Made by a program: the position numbers and the translations under genes. The notes beneath the pieces were generated by a model that saw nothing but the letters and a program-made list of their open reading frames with translations, had not been told where the DNA came from and did not search any database. Below, one piece after another: positions 16,127 through 25,129 of a stretch of DNA of 30,482 nt. Source of the stretch: a virus. Its lineage: Duplodnaviria > Caudoviricetes. Each line of letters opens with the position of its first letter. The first letter of the stretch is position 1. The stretch spans positions 1 to 30,482 of the IMG/VR virus record IMGVR_UViG_3300005259_000021; one strand, 5' to 3'.

Positions 16127-16281
16127 AGGAAATTAGCCAGGCCTGGCGGAGACGGCATCTCTCGCACTCCCGGCTAAATCCCGCCGCCGCTGCCGTAACC
16201 ACCGAGGAGAGAGGGTGGGGTCCGGGGAGGGGGAGAGGGAGAGGAGGCACAAGCCAGGAGAACCGGACGCAATGAGACAGC

Positions 16282-16986
16282 CTAGAACTCCATGATGAGC
16301 CTTGAGCCGGCTATTTCTGCCGCCTTGTCCTCTATGCAGCCCAGGGAAAGGCAGGGCTCAGCTTCATTCAATTTTCGGGTAGCTTCATCTCTGCGGTAGA
16401 TTTCTGCATCCCGCTGGTCTTCGGCATTGCGTATGTAAGCCTCTGAGTCATAAATTAGCTGCTGGATCTCGGCTGCGGTCGTTATGCAGTCCTCAGCCAT
16501 TTGTAAATATTCCTCTGCCTGCCAGAATAGCTCGTCTACCATGTCCTGCTGTTCCGGAGTCAGCTCCTCGTTCTCGTCCATGATCCTCTGTGCTGCATCC
16601 ATTGCCTGATTTGCGAGCTGGTTATATGTGACTGCATTGCCGTCTTGCTGGGCCTTATCTCCTTTTTCCTCGCCCAATTGCAGCTCTCGCTCGGCTATTT
16701 TGTCATCCCAGGCCACAATTTCCACGGCTGCATCGTAATACTGCTGCCTCAGTTCGCTGTGGCTGTTGATTATCTCCTCTCGCTTGTCTCGCCACAGCCC
16801 GGTTATTGTGTGCATGCGCCAGAGGCACCGGCATTTATCGTGCTGCGGGATCTCATAAGGCGGCTCCGGCTCCTCTTCGGCAGTGAACCAGCCATCGAGT
16901 TCCAAACATATGGGGCAGCAGCCGGATTTTGCTACGTGCTCAAAAAGGTAAATTGTGGCAATAGGACATTCGACATCACTAGCCAT
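16282..16986 (-). CDS. Acidic coiled-coil protein with N-terminal MuF-like Cys/His motif
   Basis: CCPIC..LDG...PQHDKCRC followed by a long acidic helical region; last gene of the structural operon. Confidence 0.7.
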   Translation of the reverse strand: MASDVECPIATIYLFEHVAKSGCCPICLELDGWFTAEEEPEPPYEIPQHDKCRCLWRMHTITGLWRDKREEIINSHSELRQQYYDAAVEIVAWDDKIAERELQLGEEKGDKAQQDGNAVTYNQLANQAMDAAQRIMDENEELTPEQQDMVDELFWQAEEYLQMAEDCITTAAEIQQLIYDSEAYIRNAEDQRDAEIYRRDEATRKLNEAEPCLSLGCIEDKAAEIAGSRLIMEF

Positions 16987-16998
16987 TTTATCTTCCTT

Positions 16999-18783
16999 TC
17001 ATGAATACGAAACGACTTGCAGATTTTCCAGGTAAAATGTGGCCATGGCTAGCGTCTCATCGTCCAGAATGCCCCTGAGTGCATAAATGAATCTCCATTT
17101 AGCTGAAGTAGAATACGAGGTGATTGTCTGGGTGCTCAGTAGTGTGGTCCTGTCTGCCTCGGCATAGATTTGCATGGTGATGATGGCGCTTCCTGCAGAG
17201 CGAGTCACTTTGCAGTAATAAACTGTCCCTACCGATATTGAATAACCCGAACTCAAGGACATATTTTTTGCCAGGTGCAATTTTCTGGACTTTACAGACC
17301 CGTCGGTATTCCATTCAATTACGAACATCGCCGTGGGGTCATTTGAGCCCAGGCCCGTTAGTAGCTCAGAGTGCTTGTTACTCAGGCTCCAAAGACCTAA
17401 ATAGGTAGGTTCCGGCTGCGGGCTGGTGTAGATAGCAGTGAGGGAAGACAATTTTACATCAAACCAGATCTCAAACCCGTCAAAGCAATCTTTCTCGTAG
17501 TCCTGCCAGACATAAGCCGAGCAAGAGGCATCAATTCCTATCGCTGTTGCCCGATGGATGGTTACTGATACTTCGTTGGGGTTGTAGTACATGTATTCCG
17601 TGAGATCCTCTGACTCGCTGGGTGTTGGTAATGCTTGCGCGGGACAGGGATTTACACGCACACGCATAACGGTTCCATGATACTCAGTTCCCCAGGCAGA
17701 AGGTGCAAAGAAAATGTAATTGGGGTCAGAATAAGCACCCAAGAACCCACAGGTGAGCATATCCTCTGCATAAAATACGTCCCTCTCCGCCCAGGAACCG
17801 GAATCTGAGAACGGTTTTTCAGTGTCATAGATTAAAATTGTGAAGTAGCTGGGCGCGAATGTAATGTACTGCCCCTGAACGCAGCAGCAATTATGCTGGT
17901 CGTCTGTATTTTCGCTGAGTAATGTGCTGTCGTAAGTCGAATAGGAGCTTGGGTCGGCAAATGGTAATGTGGAGTCGTACCTCAGAACGAGGTTATAAGT
18001 TGCATTGGGGAAGTAGATAAATCGCCCATCCGTGCAGGGAGCACCCAGGCCCTTGCAGTTGGCGCTAACCGTGGCCGCATTAAATACAGTCCAGGCCCCG
18101 GCAGATTTGAAGGGCTGGGTTATGTCATACCGCAGAATCTGGCCGTGGAAGTCGGTAGCGTTTCGACAGGGCGAGAAATAGATAAAATTGTCTTGCAGCA
18201 CAGCGCCCCAGTAGCCTTTTGCGGCACCGCCTGCCATTGCTCCCAGGTCGTAGGCTGCCCAGGAGTCAGACGACTTAAAGGGCTGCTTGGTGTCATACCT
18301 CAAAACAATTCCATTATAAGCCCCGTTGTTAAACGGCACGAAGTAGATAAACTGGCCGTCAAAGACTGCCCCACGAAAGCCCTTTGTTATCAGGCTATCA
18401 GTCTCTCCGGCGTCGTAAGCTTGCCAGGAGTCGGAAGATTTGAAGGGCTTGGTGGTGTCGTAGCGCAGAACAATTCCCGAGACATACCCGTTATTGTTGG
18501 GCACAAAATACATGAACTGCCCGTCAAAGATCGGATTGCCGAAGAACCCTTTTGTAGTGAGGCCATCCACGCTGCCGGCGTCGTAAGCCTCCCAGGTGCC
18601 TTCGTCCTTGAAGATCGCATAGATTTTCTGGCGCAGAATTACGCCATGGTACGCACTGCCATTGTAAAGAGGAGAATAGTACAGGTACTCTCCATCTGAC
18701 CCGATCCCAGAATAGCCCATGCAGTTTAGGCCGTCTGTGGCGCTGGCGTCCCAAATACCGATATTCCCAACCCAAAATACCAT
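16999..18783 (-). CDS. Beta-propeller repeat protein with beta-rich C-terminal domain; putative adhesin or receptor-binding protein
   Basis: Seven repeats of G[FY]xG..DG.[FY].YF.P...LRYDT..PF....W..YD. Confidence 0.75.
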   Translation of the reverse strand: MVFWVGNIGIWDASATDGLNCMGYSGIGSDGEYLYYSPLYNGSAYHGVILRQKIYAIFKDEGTWEAYDAGSVDGLTTKGFFGNPIFDGQFMYFVPNNNGYVSGIVLRYDTTKPFKSSDSWQAYDAGETDSLITKGFRGAVFDGQFIYFVPFNNGAYNGIVLRYDTKQPFKSSDSWAAYDLGAMAGGAAKGYWGAVLQDNFIYFSPCRNATDFHGQILRYDITQPFKSAGAWTVFNAATVSANCKGLGAPCTDGRFIYFPNATYNLVLRYDSTLPFADPSSYSTYDSTLLSENTDDQHNCCCVQGQYITFAPSYFTILIYDTEKPFSDSGSWAERDVFYAEDMLTCGFLGAYSDPNYIFFAPSAWGTEYHGTVMRVRVNPCPAQALPTPSESEDLTEYMYYNPNEVSVTIHRATAIGIDASCSAYVWQDYEKDCFDGFEIWFDVKLSSLTAIYTSPQPEPTYLGLWSLSNKHSELLTGLGSNDPTAMFVIEWNTDGSVKSRKLHLAKNMSLSSGYSISVGTVYYCKVTRSAGSAIITMQIYAEADRTTLLSTQTITSYSTSAKWRFIYALRGILDDETLAMATFYLENLQVVSYS

Positions 18784-18792
18784 TGCTGCACC

Positions 18793-21111
18793 TCACGAAA
18801 TGGTGTAAGTCGTGTCGTCTTGCCTGCCGGTCGTGTCGTTGTCGTTCCAGGTGTCCGGTGAATCGCACACCTCCGCTCGAATGTAGTTAGTGCCGATGTC
18901 ACAGGCCAGAGTCCTCCAGCTCCATGAGTTCTTATTTTGCCATCCGGTCATGTCTCTCCATGCGCCCCCTGTCCCTGGACCCTTCTGCCAGATACGATAA
19001 TAGATTTTCGAGGACTTGTTGGCCAGCACAGAGAATACAATTGTAGTCTCATTAGCTTGCGGGCTGTCCAAAGAGGGAGTCACAGACTCAATTGCTGCCC
19101 GCTGCACTGTGATTGCAACGCTTCCCTCGTCATCGAAACTCTCCTCCCCAGCATGTTTGCCGTCCCGGACATGACACTTGATTGTGACCGTCTCAAAATC
19201 CATCTGATCAAGCTGGTAGAGCACCCAGTTCTCAGTCTGCCAGCCGGTGAGCTGCTCCCAGGAGGCCCCCACTGTTTCCCGGTAGAGCCAGAACTTGTAC
19301 TGGATTTGGTCGCCGTCCACGTCAGCCGCATCGGCTACTACGTGGATTTTATCACCCACAAAAGGATTGCCGGGCTCATTGACATACACGCTGGCAATCG
19401 TGGGTGCCGTGTTCGTGGAGACTACGAAAGTGATATTGGCAGTAGCATCATAACCGCCCTCGCCCGCGTTGTTACCATCTCGAACCTGCACCTCGATGAT
19501 GTTGCTGCCAATGTCCCCCGCCCCAGGAGTCCACTGCCATGAGTTAATCTTGCTCCAATCCATGACCAGCTTCTTCTTGGCTGCTGTGCCTGGGCCGGTG
19601 CGGTAAAAGCGGTAAAGAATGGCATCCGAATCTGCATCTGAGGCAATGCAAATGAAGTCCAGAGCGGTTCCCTGGCCGCGGGGGCTGGAGAGGGAAGGCG
19701 TTAAGCTGGTAATTGTAGGCTTTGTGCCCGATCCTGTATCGGGCGCGGTAATGGTGTAGCTGATCGTTGCCAGATCGTCATAACTGCCTGGTCCCGCATG
19801 ATTGCCGTCTCGAATCTGCACCTCAATGGTGTTCTCGCCGATATCGTCAGTCCTGGGGTTCCATTCAAAGAAGTTTCTGCGGCTCCAATCCTGCACCAGT
19901 TTCTTTACCCCGGCAGTTCCTGGTCCGGTCTGGAAAAAGCGATACATCACCGCATCTTCTTCCGTGTCTGAGGCAATACAAATGAAATCCAGCAATACGC
20001 CGGCAGCCTGAGGACTGGTGAGAGAGGGAGTGAGGCTGGTAATCTCGGGCTCGGTGCCGATCCCGGTTCCTGCGGCTGCCTCGATCGTGAAGTTAACCGT
20101 TTCCAGGTCGTCATAGCTGCCTTCGGCTGCGTGCTGGCCGTCTCTGAGTTGTACCTCAATGGTGCTCTCGCCAATATCGACCGTTTGAGGCTGCCACTGC
20201 CAGGCGTTGCGGTGACTCCAGTCCTGGACCAGTTTCTTCTTGTCTGCTGTGCCTGGGCCTGAGATGAAAAAGCGATAGTAAAGCTGGTCATTATCAGCAT
20301 CAGAGGCAATGCAAATGAAATCAACCTTAACCTGTTCCTCCTGGGGACTGGCCAGAGAAGGCGTGAGGCTGGTAATCTCTGGTGCTGTGCCAATTCCGGA
20401 GCCTGCAGCTGCGGTTATGGTGTAGCTGATGGAGGTTGACTGGTCGGCTGCGCCTTTGTTCAGGCCGCCCCGGATTTCTACGTAAATGGTCGAGGTGCCC
20501 ACATCTGCTGCCGTTGTGCGCCAGAGGAAGCTATTGCGATTCTGCCATCCGGTGAGGTCGCGTGTTACGTTTCCTGTGCCCGGCCCGTTCACAAGAAAAC
20601 GGTATTCCAGGCCGAGAGAGGGCGTGGCAGAAGCGATGAAGGCTAATTCACTGGCGGCAACCAGCGGGCTTGCCTGGGAGGGTGTAAGAGTGAGTGTGAA
20701 GCTGCCTTTAACGTGGCAAGCTACTTGCATTCGGCACCTGTAGCCCTTGATTGTCGAATCCCAGCCCACCACGCCGCTAATCTTGGTGACTATGGCCCCG
20801 GTGAATCCATCGTCGAGGATCTGGCGTACTGCATCGGCAATCTGGGCGCAATACTCAGCGCCACCGTCGCCGGAGGTCTCTTTTCGTGTTCTGATATCCA
20901 CGACAAAAACTTGATCGGCAGAGAGAATCTGTCCGTGCAGATCCGAAAGTTCGCAGGAAATCTGGCTTTTATTTACATCTCCACTCAGATCTATTACACT
21001 GGCTGATATTGCCTTGTTCTTATAGATCTTCGAATTAACCAGCGTGCAGAGGGCGGAATTACCGGTTAATGCACTAACTAAATTATCCAGAAGTGAATAG
21101 CCAGTCATCAT
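18793..21111 (-). CDS. Tail-terminator-like N-terminal domain fused to six Ig-like repeats
   Basis: N-terminal ~135 aa (L.GNSAL..LV.SKIY...VDI...IADAVRQILD), then six ~105-110 aa units (TSLTPSL.SPQ...YRF..GPGT...DWS..N.W.W...DIG..TIEVQ.RDG). Confidence 0.7.
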   Translation of the reverse strand: MMTGYSLLDNLVSALTGNSALCTLVNSKIYKNKAISASVIDLSGDVNKSQISCELSDLHGQILSADQVFVVDIRTRKETSGDGGAEYCAQIADAVRQILDDGFTGAIVTKISGVVGWDSTIKGYRCRMQVACHVKGSFTLTLTPSQASPLVAASELAFIASATPSLGLEYRFLVNGPGTGNVTRDLTGWQNRNSFLWRTTAADVGTSTIYVEIRGGLNKGAADQSTSISYTITAAAGSGIGTAPEITSLTPSLASPQEEQVKVDFICIASDADNDQLYYRFFISGPGTADKKKLVQDWSHRNAWQWQPQTVDIGESTIEVQLRDGQHAAEGSYDDLETVNFTIEAAAGTGIGTEPEITSLTPSLTSPQAAGVLLDFICIASDTEEDAVMYRFFQTGPGTAGVKKLVQDWSRRNFFEWNPRTDDIGENTIEVQIRDGNHAGPGSYDDLATISYTITAPDTGSGTKPTITSLTPSLSSPRGQGTALDFICIASDADSDAILYRFYRTGPGTAAKKKLVMDWSKINSWQWTPGAGDIGSNIIEVQVRDGNNAGEGGYDATANITFVVSTNTAPTIASVYVNEPGNPFVGDKIHVVADAADVDGDQIQYKFWLYRETVGASWEQLTGWQTENWVLYQLDQMDFETVTIKCHVRDGKHAGEESFDDEGSVAITVQRAAIESVTPSLDSPQANETTIVFSVLANKSSKIYYRIWQKGPGTGGAWRDMTGWQNKNSWSWRTLACDIGTNYIRAEVCDSPDTWNDNDTTGRQDDTTYTIS

Positions 21112-21115
21112 TTCC

Positions 21116-21436
21116 TCAGATCATGAACTGCCCGAGATACGCCTTCCTCATCTGTTCCGGCCCCATTGCCGGATCTTTGCCCAGGCCAATGACAGGCCAG
21201 GAGAAGCCGCCTCTTGTTACGAGGTCATCCGTCTCTATCGGGACAGAGGTCAGGATATAGGCGACCTGCTGTAGTTGCCTGCCTTCCCCTGACTGGAAGG
21301 AGCGAACCTCATCATACCATAAAACGGAGATAGTCGAATCGGAATATACCGGATCGACATTGGCATCTACGCCGCTTTTGTGTCTCCAGGTTACGGATTC
21401 GCCCATCTTGTCTTTGTACGCATCCAACAAGCCCAT
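21116..21436 (-). CDS. Putative head-closure (stopper) protein
   Basis: 106-aa beta-rich protein between the adaptor and terminator-like genes; call rests on synteny and size. Confidence 0.55.
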   Translation of the reverse strand: MGLLDAYKDKMGESVTWRHKSGVDANVDPVYSDSTISVLWYDEVRSFQSGEGRQLQQVAYILTSVPIETDDLVTRGGFSWPVIGLGKDPAMGPEQMRKAYLGQFMI

Positions 21437-21445
21437 AAAAATCTC

Positions 21446-21721
21446 CTAAGAAAAATGCCTCACACAAAAATCAACAGCACCCACCGCACAGAGACAGGCG
21501 GCCCACTTTACCACGCCCTTGCTATCGAGCCACGAATATATGCACCGGGAAAACTTCAAGATGACTACGTTTTTATCATTCTCATCTAATCTCTCTGAGA
21601 TCAATCTATGCTCTTCTGTGTTCGATTCGATTAAATGATCAATGCGCTCAATTATCATTCCTAAAGTTATATCATGGTTCTCTGCGGTTTTTACCTCTAT
21701 TGCCAGTGGTTCCTGCTGCAT
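21446..21721 (-). CDS. Small coiled-coil protein with C-terminal hydrophobic segment (holin/XhlA-like architecture)
   Basis: Helical N-terminus plus VVKWAACLCAVGAVDFCV. Confidence 0.5.
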   Translation of the reverse strand: MQQEPLAIEVKTAENHDITLGMIIERIDHLIESNTEEHRLISERLDENDKNVVILKFSRCIYSWLDSKGVVKWAACLCAVGAVDFCVRHFS

Positions 21722-21760
21722 GCGTCCTCCAGACTCCAGAGAGGTCCATCACAGTAGCAT

Positions 21761-22276
21761 CTACCTGATTCTCGATCCTGTATATTTTCGCAAAAGCTGC
21801 CTGGCTCTTGCGCTTTGCAGGCTGCGATTGCCTGCACCCGGGATAAACGATTCTGATAATTTGTTTGCCAGGGTAAAAGACTGCACCCCCTCATCCTGTA
21901 ACTGTTTGCGTCCGCCTACTCCCGCCTGCTGGATGGCCAGTGCCTCCTCCATGCAGGCGTATCTGATATCCAGGGGCACTATTGCGGCTGATGTTGTGTT
22001 GTTGTAGTCTAGGGTTACGCCGTCGATTAGCCTGGGAAAAGCTCTTTTCTGGTCCGGCACACCGACAGTTATGCTCTGATCAGATTTTGTGCCCCGGAAC
22101 TGCATGTTGTCTATTGCTATTGTGGCCTGATTCAGTAAAGAGGTCCTCTGGGCCACAGTGAGGGCTAATAGAGCAGTTGCCCTGTCGTTTCCCGCAAAGT
22201 ATGTGTCCAGCTCGGCCAGGGTCACATAGGCGTCTAAGGTTGGCGTAGTGCCTAATGGTACTAATGTAAAACTCAT
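21761..22276 (-). CDS. Head-tail adaptor (DnaT-like phage connector family)
   Basis: DAYVTLAELDTYF...LNQATIAID..QFRG.K...QKRAFPR...VP..IRYACMEEAL...GVQSF. Confidence 0.75.
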   Translation of the reverse strand: MSFTLVPLGTTPTLDAYVTLAELDTYFAGNDRATALLALTVAQRTSLLNQATIAIDNMQFRGTKSDQSITVGVPDQKRAFPRLIDGVTLDYNNTTSAAIVPLDIRYACMEEALAIQQAGVGGRKQLQDEGVQSFTLANKLSESFIPGAGNRSLQSARARQLLRKYTGSRIR

Positions 22277-23046
22277 ACTATTTCCTCCTCCCATTCGAAT
22301 GTCTCACAACCCGGCAAGCTTGCCCGGAACCAGTAATTTCCTGCGTTAAGGTGGAACTGGAAATTGCCGTTTATGTCTGTGGTCTGCACATCGACCAGAG
22401 CAGTCCTGTCTGAGTCGCTGTGAGCTTCGATTTTCACTCCGACCATTGGATCTCCATTCTCATCTGAGAACGGTTCTTCTGGATCAGGATATGTGATTGT
22501 GCCAACTGCTGACGCACCCCAAGCCCCGGCTCCGTGATTAGCCGAAAGCTCTGTATCGATTTCATCCAACGTTGGCGCAAAGCCGGTTTTCGTTGTGACT
22601 GATGCAGCCACTACAGCCCCTCCGCCTACATTATACGCGCCCCCATCACAGGCAGACTCTAAGTTATCAGCAGCATCTGAGTCTCCTGATATCTCTGCAA
22701 CATCCACTTGCAGTTTATCATTTGAATATTTTGAGTCCCAATAGTTGGCTGTGACAACATAGAAATATTCTTTTCTGGGCAGCGCGCCGGCCTTGTGTAT
22801 TATGACCTCCAAGCAGCCCAGCGTATTTGTATCTGTCTCATCTAATGGAACATCATAATAGCCCAGTTCATCATGAGTCGCACCTGCGTTATTGTGGCTC
22901 TGCGCGATATCTCCGCCATTCTTTGTTAATCTTATGTCTGACTGGGCAATTGACAAGACCGTTTCTGCTGTTTTTCCGTCTGTATCGTCCAGGCATGGTC
23001 CGAACTTTACAGTAACTGCAGTATTTTGCTTTAGTTCCCTCACCAT
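22273..23046 (-). CDS. Putative virion structural protein with C-terminal carboxypeptidase-regulatory-like beta-sandwich
   Basis: TAATG overlap at the start; DENGDPMVGVKI...TTDINGNFQFHLNAGNY. Confidence 0.65.
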   Translation of the reverse strand: MVRELKQNTAVTVKFGPCLDDTDGKTAETVLSIAQSDIRLTKNGGDIAQSHNNAGATHDELGYYDVPLDETDTNTLGCLEVIIHKAGALPRKEYFYVVTANYWDSKYSNDKLQVDVAEISGDSDAADNLESACDGGAYNVGGGAVVAASVTTKTGFAPTLDEIDTELSANHGAGAWGASAVGTITYPDPEEPFSDENGDPMVGVKIEAHSDSDRTALVDVQTTDINGNFQFHLNAGNYWFRASLPGCETFEWEEEIV

Positions 23047-23534
23047 TATTCCATCACTCCTAGTTGGTAAATCATCTGTTTCACGCAACCTGTTGGAGTT
23101 GTGAAATCGATAGAAACCCAAGACAGATAACAGTAACAGCTCGTAGATCCGTTACCTTTGCAATAGACTCCTGCTTGTATTGCTGTTACTTCCTCATAAG
23201 TCCAGGCGTTGCCTGTTGCTGGGTTTGTGGTCCAAGTTTTTGTATTCAGTGTGTTTGTAGTGGTTACGTTAAATGCAGTTCCTTCATACCTTGTTGTGCC
23301 TATGTATAGTCCTGTGTTCCCAGCAGCGATTAGTGTCCCGCTGCTACTTTTCCAATATCCTGATACAGATAGGCTATTTATGATATCTCCTGCTTTCAGG
23401 ACTGACGGACTCGATAATGTATAAAAACACCAACCACCTGCTGCAGAAATTAGATATACATAATCCGATAGATCTAATGTTACTTCATCAATCCTTTGCC
23501 AGCCGGGAGCTGAAGGTATCGGTGCTAAACTCAT
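23046..23534 (-). CDS. Putative virion structural or fibre domain protein
   Basis: Thr/Ser-rich beta protein with WTTNPATGNAWT...IQAGV. Confidence 0.6.
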   Translation of the reverse strand: MSLAPIPSAPGWQRIDEVTLDLSDYVYLISAAGGWCFYTLSSPSVLKAGDIINSLSVSGYWKSSSGTLIAAGNTGLYIGTTRYEGTAFNVTTTNTLNTKTWTTNPATGNAWTYEEVTAIQAGVYCKGNGSTSCYCYLSWVSIDFTTPTGCVKQMIYQLGVME

Positions 23535-23611
23535 TAAATATCCAGCTCCTGCAGGCCGAAGTATTTCTGTAGTTATTTATATCACCCATTATTTTCTTTA
23601 TAAAAAAAGGA

Positions 23612-23791
23612 TTATTTGCCGAGGCCGGTCTTGATCGGCTTATCTTCCTTCTCACCCTTTTCTATCTCTTTGGGATGATCTTCTTTTCCCGGCCCGATCT
23701 CATATTTCTCAGGATATTTCCGTAGGTGCTTGAGAGTGCCCTCATCTGAGATCTCCCAGGTTGTCTTTTCGATCTTGTTAAAGACTCTCAT
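23612..23791 (-). CDS. Small charged protein (59 aa)
   Basis: TAATG overlap with the upstream gene; followed by a T-rich terminator-like tract. Confidence 0.6.
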   Translation of the reverse strand: MRVFNKIEKTTWEISDEGTLKHLRKYPEKYEIGPGKEDHPKEIEKGEKEDKPIKTGLGK

Positions 23792-24228
23792 TACCGAAGC
23801 ACCTTCAGAATGGCTATAGTGGCCGTGGTTACGTTTGTGGTCGAGAACTTGAGATACTTGGTAGTGTTCAGGAACCGGGCTGACTCCAACGGACCGCACA
23901 GGACCGAGCGGTTGACTGTAAGAGGGATTGCCAGGTTTCCTATCTCGGCCCGGAATGCAGGCGGGTTATTTCCGGCCAAGATGTTCAGTTTTGGACCTGT
24001 TCCGACTGTTGTAGCATTGATAATCACGAAATACATGTAGGCGCTATCGTAGGCGATATACTTTGTATTCGTGCTCGTGGGTGCAGCACTCCAATAGGCC
24101 ATCGTTACATAACTATTCTCACCCGTTAGTGTCCCGGCAGCCGTGAGCGCGGTATCTGTAGCCTGTACCTCTGCCATGCCTGCTAATAGAAGAGCACCGG
24201 CCAGCAAAAAATATAGAATCCTATTCAT
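23791..24228 (-). CDS. Capsid-adjacent (decoration-like) protein with an apparent signal peptide
   Basis: GAGGTGG RBS; MNRILYFLLAGALLLAGMAEVQA; ILAGNNPPAFRA...GPLESARF; directly after the major capsid gene. Confidence 0.7.
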   Translation of the reverse strand: MNRILYFLLAGALLLAGMAEVQATDTALTAAGTLTGENSYVTMAYWSAAPTSTNTKYIAYDSAYMYFVIINATTVGTGPKLNILAGNNPPAFRAEIGNLAIPLTVNRSVLCGPLESARFLNTTKYLKFSTTNVTTATIAILKVLR

Positions 24229-24241
24229 CTTATCCACCTCT

Positions 24242-25111
24242 TTAGCTGAAGTTGCAGGTCATGACGCCCAAGCACGCCGGCTTCACTACTTTTCTGCCGA
24301 ACACGTACTCCCCGTCTACCTTTCTGGCATACTGCTTTTCCATCGGCAGGATACGAGTATCTTCTACCTGAGATGCGAAGGTTATGGCCTGCTTGGTTCC
24401 GAACAGGATCTTGTTCAGTGTCCCGTTGGTGTTAGGCACGTTGTTGGATACCAGTAGCTCAAATCCACCAATTTGGCCAATCGATCCGTTTAAGATTGCA
24501 GGAGTTGCCACCGTTGGCGCGCTGGAACCCTGATCGTGCAGGTCGTTTACAATCAGTGCCTCCATCTCGGGAGGTATGATCATCCACTTTGGCATTGCTG
24601 CCGGCACCTTGGACTTTTTGAGCTTGGTTCCGCAATCCGTGATTAACTTGAATACATTGGAGGCGTCTCCCTTCGTTACATTAGGAGTCTTGGGTGCTGC
24701 GTCCGTGCCCACCAGATTAGAGGCACTGGCATCGACATAACAAGTAGCTACAGCCAAATCTACAGCATCAGCCACGGCATAAGCTGCCTCTACGTTGACC
24801 TCATCCATCAGGTTAATTTTGGTTTGCGCTTCATCTTTTGTGGGGATCTTGAAGTTATAACCCTTATGGAAATCAATCGTCAGATGCGTATCTGTATCCG
24901 CAATGGTTTCAGGATCAGGCATATCGACATTATCAATTACATCGAATACAGTAACTCCGCCGATGCCGGTTAGGCGCACACTCTTAGCATACTTTACGGA
25001 CCCCTCAAAATTGTGATTAACCACGCCTTCTTGGGCAAAAACTAACACCTTCTGTAATTGGTGTTGCACCTCCAACGCCACTACTTCTTCTTTAAACGCT
25101 TCATAAGCCAA
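24242..25111 (-). CDS. Major capsid protein (HK97 fold, P22-coat-like family)
   Basis: 289 aa; AAYAVADAVD, KSKVP...KWMIIPP, NGSIGQIGGFELLVSNNVP, FGRKVVKP; GAGGTGG RBS; follows the scaffold gene. Confidence 0.88.
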   Translation of the reverse strand: MAYEAFKEEVVALEVQHQLQKVLVFAQEGVVNHNFEGSVKYAKSVRLTGIGGVTVFDVIDNVDMPDPETIADTDTHLTIDFHKGYNFKIPTKDEAQTKINLMDEVNVEAAYAVADAVDLAVATCYVDASASNLVGTDAAPKTPNVTKGDASNVFKLITDCGTKLKKSKVPAAMPKWMIIPPEMEALIVNDLHDQGSSAPTVATPAILNGSIGQIGGFELLVSNNVPNTNGTLNKILFGTKQAITFASQVEDTRILPMEKQYARKVDGEYVFGRKVVKPACLGVMTCNFS

Positions 25112-25129
25112 AGTACCACCTCACCAAAT

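Noticed and set aside
16999-21111. Diversity-generating retroelement target
   Set aside because: No reverse transcriptase and no TR/VR pair with adenine-specific differences seen; the internal similarity is explained by protein domain repeats.
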